A stretch of 64,000 nucleotides of DNA. Source: Bilabrum cf. latius (lineage: Eukaryota). Positions within the stretch are counted from its first letter, which is position 1, and every line of letters starts with the position of its first letter. This document shows, piece by piece, positions 62,364 through 64,000 of this stretch. Location of the stretch: positions 124,001-188,000 of the forward strand of contig OZ237754.1 in assembly GCA_965178125.1 (NCBI GenBank), read 5' to 3'. The position numbers and the translations under genes were made by a program. Under the pieces are notes generated by a model. The model had not been told where the DNA came from. It saw only the letters and a list, made by a program, of their open reading frames with translations, and searched no databases.

Positions 62364-64000
62364 ATGCGGATACGGCGGAAAAATATCGCGAAGGATGGGA
62401 GCGGGAGCGTCGATATTCTTGCCGAGACTGCTGATGACATGTGGCACGTCCTAAACTTGGTCCAGGTTGGTGATGAGGTGCGCGCACCGACCTACAGGAA
62501 GGTGAGGAGGGGTGTTTAGCTTGCTTGCCATGATTTGAGTGTCAAAGGCACTTGTCTCCTCGTATTGAGCACGGCACAAATCCGGTGCAGGTTGCAAAGG
62601 AAGGTCTTTCGGGGTCCACCACAACAGAGAAGGTCGGTGTTACCCTCTCCGTGAAGGTAAGAACGCAGCGTCATTACACCAAAGCCGGTGCTGCACATGC
62701 ACTAGGACCAATACAAGCAGTGCAGCTAATTCTTTCGCAGGTTGAGGCAGTCGAATACGACCAAACCAGTACCACGCTCCGTCTGAAGGGCAAGGTGTGC
62801 AAGGCAAATAAATGGGTCCGGATGGGAGCATACCACACCCTGGAACTGTCGTCCAGTGCTCTCACGACAGGGGCACACAAATTTTCGCTGATCAAGCAGT
62901 TTTGGGACTCGATGCACCTCAGCCGCCTGCACTCGGCCACGTCCATCAAGCACAAGGCAGAGGTGGCGGCTGTGGCGGTGAGCGGCTCCGAGTCCAGTGT
63001 GTGCCTCATCACGGACGCCATGACCATCCAGCTGGCCTCGATCGAGGCCAAGGCCCCCTCCAAGCGGGCCAGCTCGGCAGACCGCCGCGACAAGGCCATG
63101 AAGGCGTACTACCAGCGGATCACGGACGCCATCGCGCACCACCTGCCCCTGGATCGGATCAAGGCGCTCCTCATCGCCGGCCCGGGGCACTTCAAGGAAC
63201 AGCTCAGGATGCACCTGCTGGAAGCAAGGGCAGCCTCCAAGGGCACCGACTCCCTGCAGGCGCTCGAGCCCTCGAAGATAGTCATGGTGCAGGCCATGGG
63301 CGGGACCAAGGCCACCGTGCAAGCGGCCCTGGCCGACCCGGGCGTGGCCCGGAATCTGTCCGATACCCGCGCGGCGGGGGACGTGGCGGCGGTCGAGGAC
63401 TTCTTCAAGGCCATGCGCGAAGACGAGGACCGCACGGCCTACTCGTTCAAGCACGTCCGCACGGCTCTTGACTCGGCCGCGGTTGACACTCTGCTGCTTG
63501 CCGACGATCTCTTCCGGTCCCCCGATGTAAAGACCAGGGCGGCGTACGTGGCGCTGGCCGATGAGGCGAAAGGGCAAGGGGTGTCGGTGAGGGTGGTCTC
63601 CGGGATGCACCCCGCGGGGCAGCAGCTCGCCATGATGAGCGGGGTGGCGGCGCTGCTGAGGTATCCTATGCCGCACCTGCAGGAGATGGTGGAAGAAGCG
63701 GAGAAGGACAGGAGGGAGGGGAGGAGCGGTGGTGCGGGGGCGTCTTCGGGCGCGGGGACAGGCGGTGCGTCAGCTTCCGGGGCCGGTGCAGACGCGCGAG
63801 ATGTGCTGGAGCTGGGGCGGGGACGGGAGGGCGCGTGGCGCGGGGGCATGGACGAGGACAGCTCGACAGAGGAGGAGAGAGAGTCGGTGCCTGACCACAG
63901 GGACCACAGCTGGCTCTTAGCGGCGCTCGAGACGAGAGCTGGGGCTGGGGCGGGCGTGGTAGCTGCGGGGGGCGACGCGGCTGCAAGCGCTGCGGCAGCG
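62364..64000 (+). CDS. PELO: Pelota/Dom34 ribosome-rescue factor, 3'-partial; introns 62502-62590 and 62657-62740
   Basis: DDMWHVLNLVQVGD.VRA.TYRKV, MGAYHTLEL, WDS, AGPGHFK, SGMHPAGQQL..SGVAALLRYP; phase-0 GT-AG introns. Confidence 0.93.

Noticed and set aside
1-64000. Code 6 (UAA and UAG both Gln), pyrrolysine, or TAG-containing micro-introns
   Set aside because: No in-frame TAA was found and TAA ends three genes; TAG sits in Gln contexts; the flanks lack consistent splice signals and motifs are contiguous across TAG
62364-64000. eRF1 explaining the recoding
   Set aside because: The motifs are those of pelota/Dom34 (no NIKS or GGQ), a paralogue that does not decode stop codons

Overview
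GC-rich, gene-dense, intron-poor eukaryotic (protist) genomic DNA; the Ala/Gly-rich, insertion-laden proteins suggest a heterotrophic stramenopile-like flagellate, but that is only inference. Main result: the nuclear genetic code is non-standard. TAG is a sense codon, almost certainly Gln, while TAA and TGA remain stops. Reading TAG as Q joins the fragmented ORF track into about 20 complete genes. These include an MFS transporter, an LMF protein, PRP4, a signal-peptide protein ending in ADEL, peptidase S11, a P-domain/F-lectin-like protein, a bulb lectin, GH65, a 4500-codon LRR/IQ/WW/EF-hand protein with about 40 in-frame TAGs and no TAA/TGA, an RRM protein, RibD-C, a UbiA-DoxX fusion, RCL1 and pelota. 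Also present are tRNA-Arg(UCU), a truncated RLE-type retrotransposon that also uses TAG, a sulfatase fragment, a 12x37-bp minisatellite, a 108-bp duplication around the lectin gene, and a 48-bp motif shared by the two rearranged regions. Family calls come from motif recognition by eye; no searches were run.
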